A DNA stretch of 58,238 nucleotides. Source: Bacteroidales bacterium. Lineage in GTDB: Bacteria > Bacteroidota > Bacteroidia > Bacteroidales > UBA932. Location of the stretch: the NCBI GenBank assembly GCA_016295455.1, contig JAEDLE010000001.1, positions 1 to 58,238 of the forward strand. Reading direction: 5' to 3'. The translations under genes and the position numbers were made by a program. The notes below the pieces were generated by a model. It had not been told where the DNA came from. It ran no database searches and saw only the letters and a list, made by a program, of their open reading frames with translations. Of the stretch, positions 39,105 to 49,194 are shown piece by piece. The first letter of the stretch is position 1. Each line of letters opens with the position of its first letter.

Positions 39105-41621
39105 ATGGGATACAGAGCCATAAGGATAATGATAAGCGGAGGCGGCACGGGAGGACACATCTTCCCTGCTGTCTCCATCGCGGACAGTCTCAAGGAGTTG
39201 AACCCTGAGAACGAGATACTCTTCGTGGGCGCGGAAGGAAAGATGGAGATGGAGAAGGTGCCGGCGGCAGGCTACCGCATCATCGGTCTCCCCATGGTCG
39301 GGCTCCAGAGACAGCTCAGCCTGAAGAACATCATCAACGACATCCAGGTGCCGTTCAGGCTCGCCTCAAGTCTAAGGAAGGCAGGCCGGCTCATCAGGGA
39401 ATTCCGTCCGGACATAGTCATAGGTGTGGGAGGATATGCCAGCGCTCCCCTGCTCTGGAGTGCCCAGCGAAAAGGTATCCCTACCCTGATCCAGGAACAG
39501 AACGGCTTCGCGGGACTGGCCAACAGGATACTCGGCAGGAAGGCCGGCTGCATATGCGTGGCATATGACGGTATGGAAAGATTCTTCCCTGCCGACAGGA
39601 TAGTCAAGACCGGCAACCCGATAAGGAAAGAGATGGCGCCCGCAAGCGGAGAACTCCGGCTCGAAGCCTGCCGCCACTACGGTCTCGACCCGCAGAAGAA
39701 GCACATCTTCGTCGTGGGAGGAAGCCTCGGCAGCCTCACCCTCAACAACGCGATGAAAGTCTGGATCTCCGAAGGATGCACAGGCGCGGCCGAAGTCGAG
39801 GTAATATGGCAGTGCGGCCGCTACTACAAAGCCGGCATCGACGCCTTCATGGAAGAGGCAGCCGCAAAAGGCACCGGTGACGGACTGCTCTCACACATAA
39901 GACATTACGACTTCATATCCCGTATGGATCTGGCATATGCCGCCGCGGATCTGGTGATTTCCCGTTCGGGGGCCAGCACCGTCTCGGAGCTCTGCGCCAT
40001 CCACAAGCCCGCCATATTCGTGCCTTCACCTAACGTCGCCGAAGACCACCAGACACACAATGCCATGGCCCTGGTAAGCAAGGGAGCTGCAGAGATTGTG
40101 AAGGACGCCGACGCCGAAAGCCAGATGATGGCCAAGGCGCTGTACCTGCTCAAGGACAGCGCGCGGCTCAGGGAAATGGAAAAGAACATCGCGGCGCTTG
40201 CGCTGCCCGACGCCGGCATGACCATAGCAGAGAAAGCCTACGGCCTCATCTCCGGGGAACACGGCTGCACGAAGGTCTATTTCATAGGCATAGGAGGTAT
40301 CGGAATGAGCGCCATAGCCCGTTACTACAAGTTCAGGGGTTACTCCGTCTCAGGCTACGACAGGACCGAGTCCGAACTCACGCGCAAGCTCGTGGCTGAA
40401 GGGATACCGGTACATTATGACGACGACCCTACCCGCATACCCGCCGACGTGGCCGGCACCCTCGTGGTCTACACCCCCGCAGTGCCTGAAAGCCTCGGCG
40501 AACTGCGCCACGCCAGGGAGAAAGGCTACCGTGTCATCAAGAGAAGCAGGATGCTCGGGGAAATAGCGGCCTCACACCGCTGCCTCGCCGTATCCGGAAC
40601 CCACGGAAAGACGACCACCAGCACCCTGCTCGCGCATATGCTGACCCACAGCGGCGAAGGCTGCTCCGCCTTCCTCGGAGGCATATCCAGGAACTACGGT
40701 ACGAATATGCTGGTGTCCCGCGGAGAGATGATGGTGGCTGAGGCGGACGAGTTCGACCGCTCCTTCCTCCAGCTCTATCCCGAGATAGCCGTGATAACTG
40801 CGATGGACCCGGACCATCTTGACATATACGGTGACGTGGAGAGCTACAGGCAGGCGTTCCGCGACTTCGCCGCCCAGGTAAGCGCCCATCTGGTGATAAA
40901 GAAGGGACTGCCCCTGGGAGAGTCCGGCACCAGTGCGAAAATCTGGACCTACAGCCTCAGCGACGCTGACGCCGACTTCCACGCCGAAAACGCCGGTCCG
41001 GACCGCTTCGGCCACTTCGTATTCGACCTCGTGAGCCCGCTGGGACGCATTGAAGGCATCAGGGCCGGAATTCCGGGAAGATTCAACGCGGAGAACAGCC
41101 TCGCCGCGGCGGCGGTGTGCCAGCTCCACGGAATGGACCCGGAAAAGATAAAGGACGGCATCTCCAGCTACGAAGGAGTGAAGAGACGCCTTGAAATGCA
41201 TCTGAATACGGAAAAAATAACGTATATTGACGACTATGCCCATCACCCTCAGGAACTCGAGTCCGCGATAGGGTCGATAAGGGAGATGTTCCCGTCGAGG
41301 AAGATCACCGCGGTGTTCCAGCCGCACCTCTACACCAGGACCAGGGACTTCGCGGAAGGCTTCGCACAGGCGTTGAGCCTGGTGGACAAGCTGATACTCC
41401 TCGACATATACCCGGCAAGGGAGGAACCCATCCCCGGAGTCGGTCCGGAACTGATCTTCGACAAGGTCAGCGCCCCGCAGAAGGTGATGCTGCACAGAAA
41501 TGAACTTATGGAATACCTCGGGACCGAAGACATCGACGTGCTGGTGACCTTCGGGGCCGGTGACATCGACAGGTTCACGGGAGAGATAACGCATATGCTT
41601 GAGAAGAGAGCAGGAATATGA
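39105..41621 (+). CDS. murG-murC: Fused MurG-MurC protein
   Basis: aa1-~385 GGGTGGH, GGSLG, SRSGAST, DHQTHNA (MurG); aa~390-838 FIGIGGIGMS, GTHGKTTT, EADEFD, DDYAHHP, FQPHLYTRT (MurC); no stop or Met at junction. Confidence 0.93.
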   Translation: MGYRAIRIMISGGGTGGHIFPAVSIADSLKELNPENEILFVGAEGKMEMEKVPAAGYRIIGLPMVGLQRQLSLKNIINDIQVPFRLASSLRKAGRLIREFRPDIVIGVGGYASAPLLWSAQRKGIPTLIQEQNGFAGLANRILGRKAGCICVAYDGMERFFPADRIVKTGNPIRKEMAPASGELRLEACRHYGLDPQKKHIFVVGGSLGSLTLNNAMKVWISEGCTGAAEVEVIWQCGRYYKAGIDAFMEEAAAKGTGDGLLSHIRHYDFISRMDLAYAAADLVISRSGASTVSELCAIHKPAIFVPSPNVAEDHQTHNAMALVSKGAAEIVKDADAESQMMAKALYLLKDSARLREMEKNIAALALPDAGMTIAEKAYGLISGEHGCTKVYFIGIGGIGMSAIARYYKFRGYSVSGYDRTESELTRKLVAEGIPVHYDDDPTRIPADVAGTLVVYTPAVPESLGELRHAREKGYRVIKRSRMLGEIAASHRCLAVSGTHGKTTTSTLLAHMLTHSGEGCSAFLGGISRNYGTNMLVSRGEMMVAEADEFDRSFLQLYPEIAVITAMDPDHLDIYGDVESYRQAFRDFAAQVSAHLVIKKGLPLGESGTSAKIWTYSLSDADADFHAENAGPDRFGHFVFDLVSPLGRIEGIRAGIPGRFNAENSLAAAAVCQLHGMDPEKIKDGISSYEGVKRRLEMHLNTEKITYIDDYAHHPQELESAIGSIREMFPSRKITAVFQPHLYTRTRDFAEGFAQALSLVDKLILLDIYPAREEPIPGVGPELIFDKVSAPQKVMLHRNELMEYLGTEDIDVLVTFGAGDIDRFTGEITHMLEKRAGI

Positions 41622-42400
41622 ACAGACCGCTGCGCATAGCCATATCCGCAGTCGCCCTCGCGGCAGTGCTGTCGGTGCTCGTGCCCCTTTCCGTAAGAAG
41701 CGGACGGGAGCGCGCCGAGATCACCTGTGACAGCCTGGACGTGAAGATCCATGACGCCCGCAGGAAAGGCTTCGTGACGCAGGCGGACGTGACTCAGGCC
41801 ATAGCCTCGGGCTACGGGCAGTGCAGGGGAAGGAAACTCGAGAGCATAAGCCTCGCGACCATCGAGGAGATATGCTCCAACCTGAGCGCCGTCGAGAAAA
41901 GCCAGGCCTACGTCACCCGCGACGGAGTGCTGCACATAGATATAGAACAGCGCGACCCCGTGCTCAAGTTCATCACCCCGGACGGAGGCTACTACGCCGA
42001 CGGCAAAGGCTTCATATTCCCCCTTGTCAAGGGATATGACGACAGGCTCACGGCAATCGAGGGACCCAACCCGCTGAGCATCCCGCCGGGCTACAAGGGA
42101 CTGCCCGGGAGTGAGAGGGAAAGAAGCTGGCTGGAGGGCCTGCTGGAACTGAACGATGCCCTGGGCTCATCCAGGACCTGGAAGGGAGCCTTCTCCAGGA
42201 TACAGAGCGACGCGGGCGGCGAACTGACCCTGCATCCGGTGAAGGGCAAGGAAAAGTTCCTCTTCGGAAAGCCCTCGGAGATAGAAGACAAGCTCCGCAG
42301 GGTGGAGGATTATTACAGGTACATAGTCCCGGAAAAGGAAGAAGGCTGGTACCGTACGGTGAATGTGAAATACGACGGACAGATAGTCTGCAGAAGATAA
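41618..42400 (+). CDS. ftsQ: Cell division protein FtsQ-like
   Basis: N-terminal TM, POTRA-like region, C-terminal VNVKYDGQIVC; lies between murC and ftsA. Confidence 0.8.
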   Translation: MNRPLRIAISAVALAAVLSVLVPLSVRSGRERAEITCDSLDVKIHDARRKGFVTQADVTQAIASGYGQCRGRKLESISLATIEEICSNLSAVEKSQAYVTRDGVLHIDIEQRDPVLKFITPDGGYYADGKGFIFPLVKGYDDRLTAIEGPNPLSIPPGYKGLPGSERERSWLEGLLELNDALGSSRTWKGAFSRIQSDAGGELTLHPVKGKEKFLFGKPSEIEDKLRRVEDYYRYIVPEKEEGWYRTVNVKYDGQIVCRR

Positions 42401-42408
42401 GGAAGAAT

Positions 42409-43932
42409 ATGGAAGAACGTTACATTGCGGCCGTTGACCTCGGCTCCTCGAAGATAGCGCTGACTGTTGCGAGGATCAGCGGGAATGACATACAGATACA
42501 GTACTACCGCGAGACTCCTTCTGACGGAATCCGCAACAGCGAGGTGTACAATCCGCAGAAGGCGACAGAGCCCATCAGGAAGGCCATACGCGACGCGGAA
42601 CAGGAACTGAAGATACAGATACTCCAGGCCGTGGTCTGCCTCCCGCGCTGCGAAGTGCGCCAGGAGAACAACAGCGCCAAGGCGCAGAGGAGCATGCCCG
42701 ACGAATGCATCAGCAGCGAGGAGGTCGAGGAGCTCAAGAGCCTCGCGCAGGACGCGTATCCGAACATAGACAGCGAGAAGGAATGCCTATATGGAGCTGT
42801 GGCACAGTCATTCGACTGCGACGACAATTTCCAGGTCGTGGAGAACGACATAGTCGGCATGGTCAGCCATGAGTTCACCGGCAACTTCAAGCTCTTCATA
42901 GGCAAGAAGAGGTCGGTCAAGACCATAGACAAGGTTTTCAACAACCTGGGCATAGCAATTGCCAAGAAATACTTCACGCCTGATGCCACGGCCAAGGCCG
43001 TGCTCACTTCGGACGAGATGGAATCCGGAGTAGCCCTGCTCGACTTCGGCGGGGGCGCGACTTCCGTCACCATATACAAGGGAAAGATACTCAGGCACTA
43101 TGCCTGCATTCCGTTCGGAGGAAAGAGCATCACCTGTGACATACGGAACGAATGCACGATATCCGAGGAACTGGCGGAGAACATCAAGATGGCCTTCGGC
43201 GCATGCATGCCGGACAAACTCCTGAACCTCTCCGAGAAGATCATCCAGATTGAAGGCGAGGAAGGCATGAGAGGGCCGAAACAGATACCGGTGCAGTACC
43301 TCTCGGAGATAATCACCGCAAGGGAGAAGGAAATCATCGACGCGATGCTCTATGAAATCCAGATGAGCGGTCTTGCCGATTCCCTGCGCAGCGGAGTGGT
43401 CATCACCGGAGGCGGCGCCAGCCTTGCCAACCTGGCCTCATACCTGAGGGAATGCTCAGGATACAACGTGAGGGTCGGCATCCCGCGCCCTCTCTTCTCC
43501 GCCGACAGCAGCCTGCCGGTCAGGAGCACCTCTGCGGCCTGCTCGATAGGTATGATACTCTCGGCCAAGGCCGAACCTCTGCTCAACTGCATCAACCCGG
43601 CACCGGAAGAAGCGCTTTCGGAGGATGACCCGGGCAGGGTGGAGATCGATGACGTAGTGGACGTGGTGAGCGTTGAAGAAGCAGTGCCTCAGACACTTGA
43701 AACGGAAACGGCTGCTGAAGGTCCGGTTGCCGGAGAAGCCGTTGCTGAAGAAACGGAAAAGAAGGAGCAGGGAAAGGAAGACGCGGTCGGGAAAGACTCC
43801 GAAAAAACGACAGGCCAGACAGGAAAACATGGTGGCCACCGCAACAGGAAACCGTCAATGCTGACGGTGACCTGGCTCAAGCTCAGGGGCAAACTGGAAG
43901 ACATGTACGAGAACGTCGGTAAAGAACAGTAG
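42409..43932 (+). CDS. ftsA: Cell division protein FtsA
   Basis: DLGSSKI, DFGGGAT, FGG..IT.DI, VITGGG; acidic linker then amphipathic C-terminus. Confidence 0.94.
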   Translation: MEERYIAAVDLGSSKIALTVARISGNDIQIQYYRETPSDGIRNSEVYNPQKATEPIRKAIRDAEQELKIQILQAVVCLPRCEVRQENNSAKAQRSMPDECISSEEVEELKSLAQDAYPNIDSEKECLYGAVAQSFDCDDNFQVVENDIVGMVSHEFTGNFKLFIGKKRSVKTIDKVFNNLGIAIAKKYFTPDATAKAVLTSDEMESGVALLDFGGGATSVTIYKGKILRHYACIPFGGKSITCDIRNECTISEELAENIKMAFGACMPDKLLNLSEKIIQIEGEEGMRGPKQIPVQYLSEIITAREKEIIDAMLYEIQMSGLADSLRSGVVITGGGASLANLASYLRECSGYNVRVGIPRPLFSADSSLPVRSTSAACSIGMILSAKAEPLLNCINPAPEEALSEDDPGRVEIDDVVDVVSVEEAVPQTLETETAAEGPVAGEAVAEETEKKEQGKEDAVGKDSEKTTGQTGKHGGHRNRKPSMLTVTWLKLRGKLEDMYENVGKEQ

Positions 43933-43937
43933 AAAAA

Positions 43938-45209
43938 ATGAACGAACAGGATTATATGACACCGGAATTCGTGGCGTCCGACTGGACCGAGGAGAATTCC
44001 ATAATCAAGGTCATCGGTGTGGGCGGAGGCGGCTGCAACGCTGTCACCTATATGTACAACCAGCACATCGAGGGCTGCAACTTCATAGTCTGCAACACTG
44101 ACAACCAGGCGCTCAACAAGAGCAACGTTCCCTGCAAGATACAGCTCGGGGAAGGCCTGGGAGCGGGAACCAACCCCATCAAGGGCCGCAATGCGGCGCT
44201 CGAGTCCCAGGACGAGATACGCGCCAAGGTGATAGACACGGGCACCCAGATGCTCTTCATCACGGCCGGAATGGGCGGAGGCACCGGAACAGGCGCATCC
44301 CCGGTCATAGCCAAGATGGCCAAGGAAAAGGGCATACTGACGGTCGGAGTCGTGACCATCCCGTTCAGGCACGAGGGTGACGACTTCCTCGCCAAGGCCG
44401 TGGACGGCATCCACGAACTCGAGAACAACGTGGACAGCCTCCTGATAATCAACAACGAAAAACTCTACGAATACTTCGGCAACCAGCTCGTCCAGGACGC
44501 CTTCCCGAAGGCCGACGAGGTGCTGGCGACCGCAGTGCGCGGAATCATAGAACTCATCACCAAGTCCGGATTCATCAACGCTGACTTCGAAGACGTGAAG
44601 ACCATGATGAAGAACAGCGGCATGGCCCTGATGGGTTGCGGAGTCGGAAGCGGTCCAAACAGGATAGAAGACGCGGTCAGGGGCGCTCTCGAATCCCCTC
44701 TGCTGAACGATTTCGACCTCAAGACCAGCAAGAACCTGCTCATCAACATCACCGTGGGCAAGAACGACAAGGGACTGAGGATGGACGAGCACGGCAAAAT
44801 CATAGACCTCATCACCGAATACACCGGAAAGGTCAACAAGTTCAAGAGAGGGCTCATCTACGAGGAAGACCCTGAATGGGGCGACAAAATCAGCATAACC
44901 GTCATAGCCACAGGCTTCAAGATGAACCTCATCGGACTTACGGGAAATGACGTCGGCAAGCTCATACTCATAGACAGGGACTTCGTCTATGACCCTGAGC
45001 TGAGCAGCGAGAACGGGGAGATAATACTGCCCGAGGAGAACATAAGCATAGACAAGGTGGGCTACAACACGGCCGCCAACAGCCGCAGGTTCCGCTTCGG
45101 ACCGGAAGACAAGCCGGTGCTCCTCCTGGAACCCGGCCAGAACAAGGCGATGCTCGAGGACATAGCCGCAATCAGGCGCAACCACAAGCCGAAAAGAACT
45201 GAAGAATAA
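43938..45209 (+). CDS. ftsZ: Cell division protein FtsZ
   Basis: IKVIGVGGGGCNA, NTD, GMGGGTGTG, INADFEDV, VIATGF. Confidence 0.97.
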   Translation: MNEQDYMTPEFVASDWTEENSIIKVIGVGGGGCNAVTYMYNQHIEGCNFIVCNTDNQALNKSNVPCKIQLGEGLGAGTNPIKGRNAALESQDEIRAKVIDTGTQMLFITAGMGGGTGTGASPVIAKMAKEKGILTVGVVTIPFRHEGDDFLAKAVDGIHELENNVDSLLIINNEKLYEYFGNQLVQDAFPKADEVLATAVRGIIELITKSGFINADFEDVKTMMKNSGMALMGCGVGSGPNRIEDAVRGALESPLLNDFDLKTSKNLLINITVGKNDKGLRMDEHGKIIDLITEYTGKVNKFKRGLIYEEDPEWGDKISITVIATGFKMNLIGLTGNDVGKLILIDRDFVYDPELSSENGEIILPEENISIDKVGYNTAANSRRFRFGPEDKPVLLLEPGQNKAMLEDIAAIRRNHKPKRTEE

Positions 45210-45222
45210 AAAAGACAACCAT

Positions 45223-46929
45223 ATGGAAAGAAGAACAAGAGTGAGGTTCGCCCCGTCCCCGACGGGTCCGCTGCATATGGGCGGAGTCAGGACGGCGCTG
45301 TACAACTACCTCTACGCCAAGCAGAAAGGCGGAGACTTCATCATCAGGATCGAGGACACCGACTCCAACAGGTTCGTCCCCGGAGCCGAGCAGTACATAA
45401 TCGAGGCCCTCAACTGGTGCGGCATCATCCCTGACGAGGGGGTTGATGCTGACGGGAAAGTGGTGGAGACCCCGTCGGAAAGGCATCCTCACGCCCCTTA
45501 CAGGCAGTCCCAGCGCAGAGCCATATACAGGAAATATGCGGAAGAGCTGATTGAAAAGGGATATGCCTACTACGCCTTCGACTCTGCGGAAGAGCTGGAG
45601 GCCAGAAGGGCGGAGGCCGAAGCTGCGGGACAGACCTTCATATACGGGCAGAAGAGCAGGATGAGCCTGCGTAACTCCCTGTCCCTGAGCAAGGAGGAAA
45701 GCGACAGGCTGGTCAGTGAAACCACCGGCTGGACCATCAGGTTCAAGATGCCTGAGAACACCGTGGTGAAGATGGACGACCTCATCAGGGGGCATATTGA
45801 AGTGAACACCGACACCCTTGACGACAAGGTGCTCTGGAAAAGGGCTGACGAACTTCCGACCTACCACCTCGCCAACATAGTCGACGACCACCTGATGGAA
45901 ATCAGCGAAGTCATCAGGGGCGAGGAATGGCTTCCTTCCCTGCCTCTGCACTACATGCTCTACAAGGCCTTCGGATGGGAGGACACCATGCCGCGTTTCG
46001 CGCACCTGTCCCTGCTCCTCAAGCCTGTCGGCAACGGCAAGCTCAGCAAGAGGGACGGCGACAAGATGGGCTTCCCGGTATTCCCGCTCAAATGGACCAA
46101 CGCCGAAGGCGAGAGCTCGCACGGCTACCGCGAGGACGGCTACTTCCCGGAAGCCTTCGTGAATATGCTGGCGATGCTCGGATGGAACCCGGGCGATGAC
46201 AGGGAGCTCTTCACGATGGACGAGCTCATACAGGCCTTCTCCATGGACAAGGTCCAGAAAGCCGGAGCCAAGTTCAATCCTGAGAAAGCCAGGTGGTACA
46301 ACAAGGAATACCTCCGCCTCAAGAGCGACGACGAGCTCACGGAACTGCTGATACCGGAGCTTGAGAGCCACGGAATCAGCGTCGGAGGGGAGACTCCGGA
46401 CTTCGGCAGCCACCGCTTTCCCAAGTCATATGTCAGGAACGTCGTCACTCTCGTCAAGGAAAGGGCCAGCTTCGTCAAGGACATATGGACAGTCGCGTCC
46501 TGCCTCTTCGTGAGCCCGTCCGACTACGAAGCCTTCGGAATCAAGGCCGGAGCCGCGCTCGAACAGAAACCCGCGGACCCGCGCAGGGCGGCGGACCCGA
46601 GAGCCAAGGTATATGACGACGCGGCCACCGCACCGTTCCTGGCCAGGGACGTGGACAAGTTCTGGAAGGACGGCAATCCCGAGCTTGCCGCAAAGGCTGC
46701 TGAACATATGGTATCGGAATATGCCGGCCCGTATGACAGCGCAAAGCTCGCGGAGGAGCTCGAAGGTTACATCAAGGCACAGGAATGGCCTATGGGCAAG
46801 GTGATGAACTGCCTGAGGCTTGCCCTCACCGGAGCATCCTCGGGGCTGGGGATCGCAGACATACTGTCATTCATCGGAGCTGAAGAGTTCCGTTCAAGAA
46901 TAGAGTTCATAACCAAAAGATTGTCATAA
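45223..46929 (+). CDS. gltX: Glutamate--tRNA ligase
   Basis: RFAPSPTG.LHMGG, RIEDTD, IRGEEW, KLSKR. Confidence 0.97.
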   Translation: MERRTRVRFAPSPTGPLHMGGVRTALYNYLYAKQKGGDFIIRIEDTDSNRFVPGAEQYIIEALNWCGIIPDEGVDADGKVVETPSERHPHAPYRQSQRRAIYRKYAEELIEKGYAYYAFDSAEELEARRAEAEAAGQTFIYGQKSRMSLRNSLSLSKEESDRLVSETTGWTIRFKMPENTVVKMDDLIRGHIEVNTDTLDDKVLWKRADELPTYHLANIVDDHLMEISEVIRGEEWLPSLPLHYMLYKAFGWEDTMPRFAHLSLLLKPVGNGKLSKRDGDKMGFPVFPLKWTNAEGESSHGYREDGYFPEAFVNMLAMLGWNPGDDRELFTMDELIQAFSMDKVQKAGAKFNPEKARWYNKEYLRLKSDDELTELLIPELESHGISVGGETPDFGSHRFPKSYVRNVVTLVKERASFVKDIWTVASCLFVSPSDYEAFGIKAGAALEQKPADPRRAADPRAKVYDDAATAPFLARDVDKFWKDGNPELAAKAAEHMVSEYAGPYDSAKLAEELEGYIKAQEWPMGKVMNCLRLALTGASSGLGIADILSFIGAEEFRSRIEFITKRLS

Positions 46930-46933
46930 CATC

Positions 46934-47365
46934 ATGAAAATTGGAATCTGCAGCGACCACGCAGGGTTCGCTTACAAGACAAGGCTGATCACGTATCTCC
47001 GCAGGAAGGGATATGAGACCGTGGACTTCGGTACAGACTCAGAAGTGAGCATGGACTATTCTGACGTCGCCCACCCGCTCGCACTTGCGGTCGAAAAAGG
47101 TGAAGTAGACCTGGGAATCGCATTCTGCGGAACCGGAAACGGAATGGCGATGACCCTCAACAAGCACAAGGGCATCAGGGCAGGCCTCGCCTGGACCTCC
47201 GAGATCGGACGCCTCGTCAAGGCTCACAACAACGCCAACGTGCTCGTGATGCCGGCAAGGTTCATCTCCTTCCGCATGGCTACAAGCATAACCAGGACCT
47301 GGCTCGAGACCGAATTCGAGGGTGGCAGACACCAGCGCCGCATCGAGAAAATGGTCAGCTGGTAA
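46934..47365 (+). CDS. rpiB: Ribose-5-phosphate isomerase B
   Basis: SDHAG, FCGTGNG, HNNANV, FEGGRHQRR. Confidence 0.95.
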   Translation: MKIGICSDHAGFAYKTRLITYLRRKGYETVDFGTDSEVSMDYSDVAHPLALAVEKGEVDLGIAFCGTGNGMAMTLNKHKGIRAGLAWTSEIGRLVKAHNNANVLVMPARFISFRMATSITRTWLETEFEGGRHQRRIEKMVSW

Positions 47366-48231
47366 TGGCTCCGCTCATAGCCGGACGCAACACACCGTGC
47401 CTTTCGGACAGTATCGAAGACTATCCGGAAGGCATAGTCATACCTGTGGACAAGCCCTACAGGTGGACCTCCGCCGACGTGATCCGGAAAATCAAGTACT
47501 GCGCGTGCAGGCACTTCGGCAAGAAGAACCTGAAAGTGGGACATGCGGGCACGCTCGACCCGCTCGCCACGGGCGTGTTGCTGGTGTGCATAGGCAAGGC
47601 GACCAGGATGGCGGAAGAATACCAGAGGCACGACAAGGAATACGTCGCCGGAATCAGTTTCGGCGCGACCACCCCGTCATATGACCTCGAGAAAGAAATC
47701 GACAGGTTCTACCCCACCGACCGCGTCAGCGAGGAGGAACTCAGGAAAATACTGCCCCGCTTCCTGGGCGAACAGGAGCAGGTCGCCCCGCTCTTCTCAG
47801 CCAAGTCCGTGGACGGGATGAGGGCATACGAACTCGCGCGCAAGGCCTACCGGCAGGCCAAGGACGACCCTGAAGGCTTCGACCACAGTCTCGCGGAATG
47901 CCTCAGCCGCCAGCAGATAAGGATAGACAGCCTCGAACTGCTGGGATTCTGGCCTGAGGGAAAACCGTCAGGAAAAACAGCCGGGACCGAAACCGATGCC
48001 AGAAACCTGAGAATCAACGTCACGGACAACAGTTCCCTGCACCTGCCCCATGCTGACATACGGATTGCCTGTAGCAAGGGCACCTATGTACGGGCTCTGG
48101 CCCGCGACCTGGGGGAAGCGCTCTCCTCCGGAGCCCATCTGGATGCGCTCTGCCGCACCAGGACAGGCGGATTCCGCATCGGCCAGGCACTCAGCCCGGA
48201 CGACGCGGCCGCATTGTTCAAAACAAAGTGA
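47365..48231 (+). CDS. truB: tRNA pseudouridine(55) synthase
   Basis: DKPYRWTS, KVGHAGTLDPLATG, CSKGTYVRALARDLG. Confidence 0.95.
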   Translation: MAPLIAGRNTPCLSDSIEDYPEGIVIPVDKPYRWTSADVIRKIKYCACRHFGKKNLKVGHAGTLDPLATGVLLVCIGKATRMAEEYQRHDKEYVAGISFGATTPSYDLEKEIDRFYPTDRVSEEELRKILPRFLGEQEQVAPLFSAKSVDGMRAYELARKAYRQAKDDPEGFDHSLAECLSRQQIRIDSLELLGFWPEGKPSGKTAGTETDARNLRINVTDNSSLHLPHADIRIACSKGTYVRALARDLGEALSSGAHLDALCRTRTGGFRIGQALSPDDAAALFKTK

Positions 48232-48233
48232 AT

Positions 48234-49094
48234 TCAGGCCTTCGCGCCCATCCTCGCCAGGAAACACTCTATGGTGTTCTCCATCAGGCAGGCTATGGTC
48301 ATGGGACCCACACCGCCCGGCACTGGGGTGATTACCGAAGCCTTGGGCTCGATTGCGGCGAAATCCACGTCTCCGCAGAGCTTGCCGTCCTCAGGATTCC
48401 TGTTCACTCCCACGTCAATCACCACGGTGCCGTCCGATACCATATCCGCGGTAACGAACTTCGGCCTTCCAATCGCGACCACCAGTATCTCCGCATTGCG
48501 GGTCACCTGCGCAAGGTCCGCGGTCCTGGAATGGCATATAGTGACGGTAGCGTTCCTGTCGAGCAGCAGCTTGGCAACAGGAAGGCCCACTATCTGGCTC
48601 CTGCCGAGCACCACCGCCCTCTTTCCGCTGATTTCGACACCCGCCTCGTCAAGCATCCTGATGATGCCCTTCGGGGTGCAGGCGACAGTGCAGGGGCGCT
48701 TCATCCACAGGCCCGCCACATTGAGCGGATGGAAACCGTCCACATCCTTGGAACGGTCTATCGCTGAGATGACCTTGTCCTCGCTGATATGCTTCGGAAG
48801 CGGAAGTTGGACCAGAATTCCGTCCACGGCGTCATCCGCATTCAGACCCGCTACAAGGTCCAGGAGTTCCTGCTCGGAAGTCTCCTCAGGACGGAGTATG
48901 ACACGGCTCTCGATTCCCACTACCTCGGCAGCCTTCGCCTTGCCCTTGACATAAGACTGGCTCGCAGGATCCTCGCCCACAAGTATCACCGCAAGGCAGG
49001 GAACACGCCCGAACCTGGCAGGAAAGGCAGCGACCTGCTCCGCCATCTCCGCCTTCATCCTGGCGGACAGTTCTTTTCCACTGATAATCATCAT
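48234..49094 (-). CDS. folD: Methylenetetrahydrofolate dehydrogenase/cyclohydrolase
   Basis: YVKGK, GILVQLPLP, KDVDG, CTPKG, TPVPGGVGPMT; start reassigned; TATCTTTG at 49145-49152. Confidence 0.96.
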   Translation of the reverse strand: MMIISGKELSARMKAEMAEQVAAFPARFGRVPCLAVILVGEDPASQSYVKGKAKAAEVVGIESRVILRPEETSEQELLDLVAGLNADDAVDGILVQLPLPKHISEDKVISAIDRSKDVDGFHPLNVAGLWMKRPCTVACTPKGIIRMLDEAGVEISGKRAVVLGRSQIVGLPVAKLLLDRNATVTICHSRTADLAQVTRNAEILVVAIGRPKFVTADMVSDGTVVIDVGVNRNPEDGKLCGDVDFAAIEPKASVITPVPGGVGPMTIACLMENTIECFLARMGAKA

Positions 49095-49194
49095 CGAAAC
49101 AGTTAAGTGATTTGAAATATGGCTCCGAAAGACCGGACCAGGGACAAAGATACGCCAAAAATGCTTATATTCGCACGACCAGAAACAAACGACA

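Noticed and set aside
33568..41621. Absence of murF and ddl from the dcw cluster
   Set aside because: Usual arrangement in Bacteroidetes; these genes are normally elsewhere.
1636..45305. Long antisense or alternate-frame ORFs (e.g. 6583-7833, 25873-27225, 37851-39158, 43689-45305)
   Set aside because: Shadows of real genes caused by strong GC3 codon bias; no recognisable motifs.
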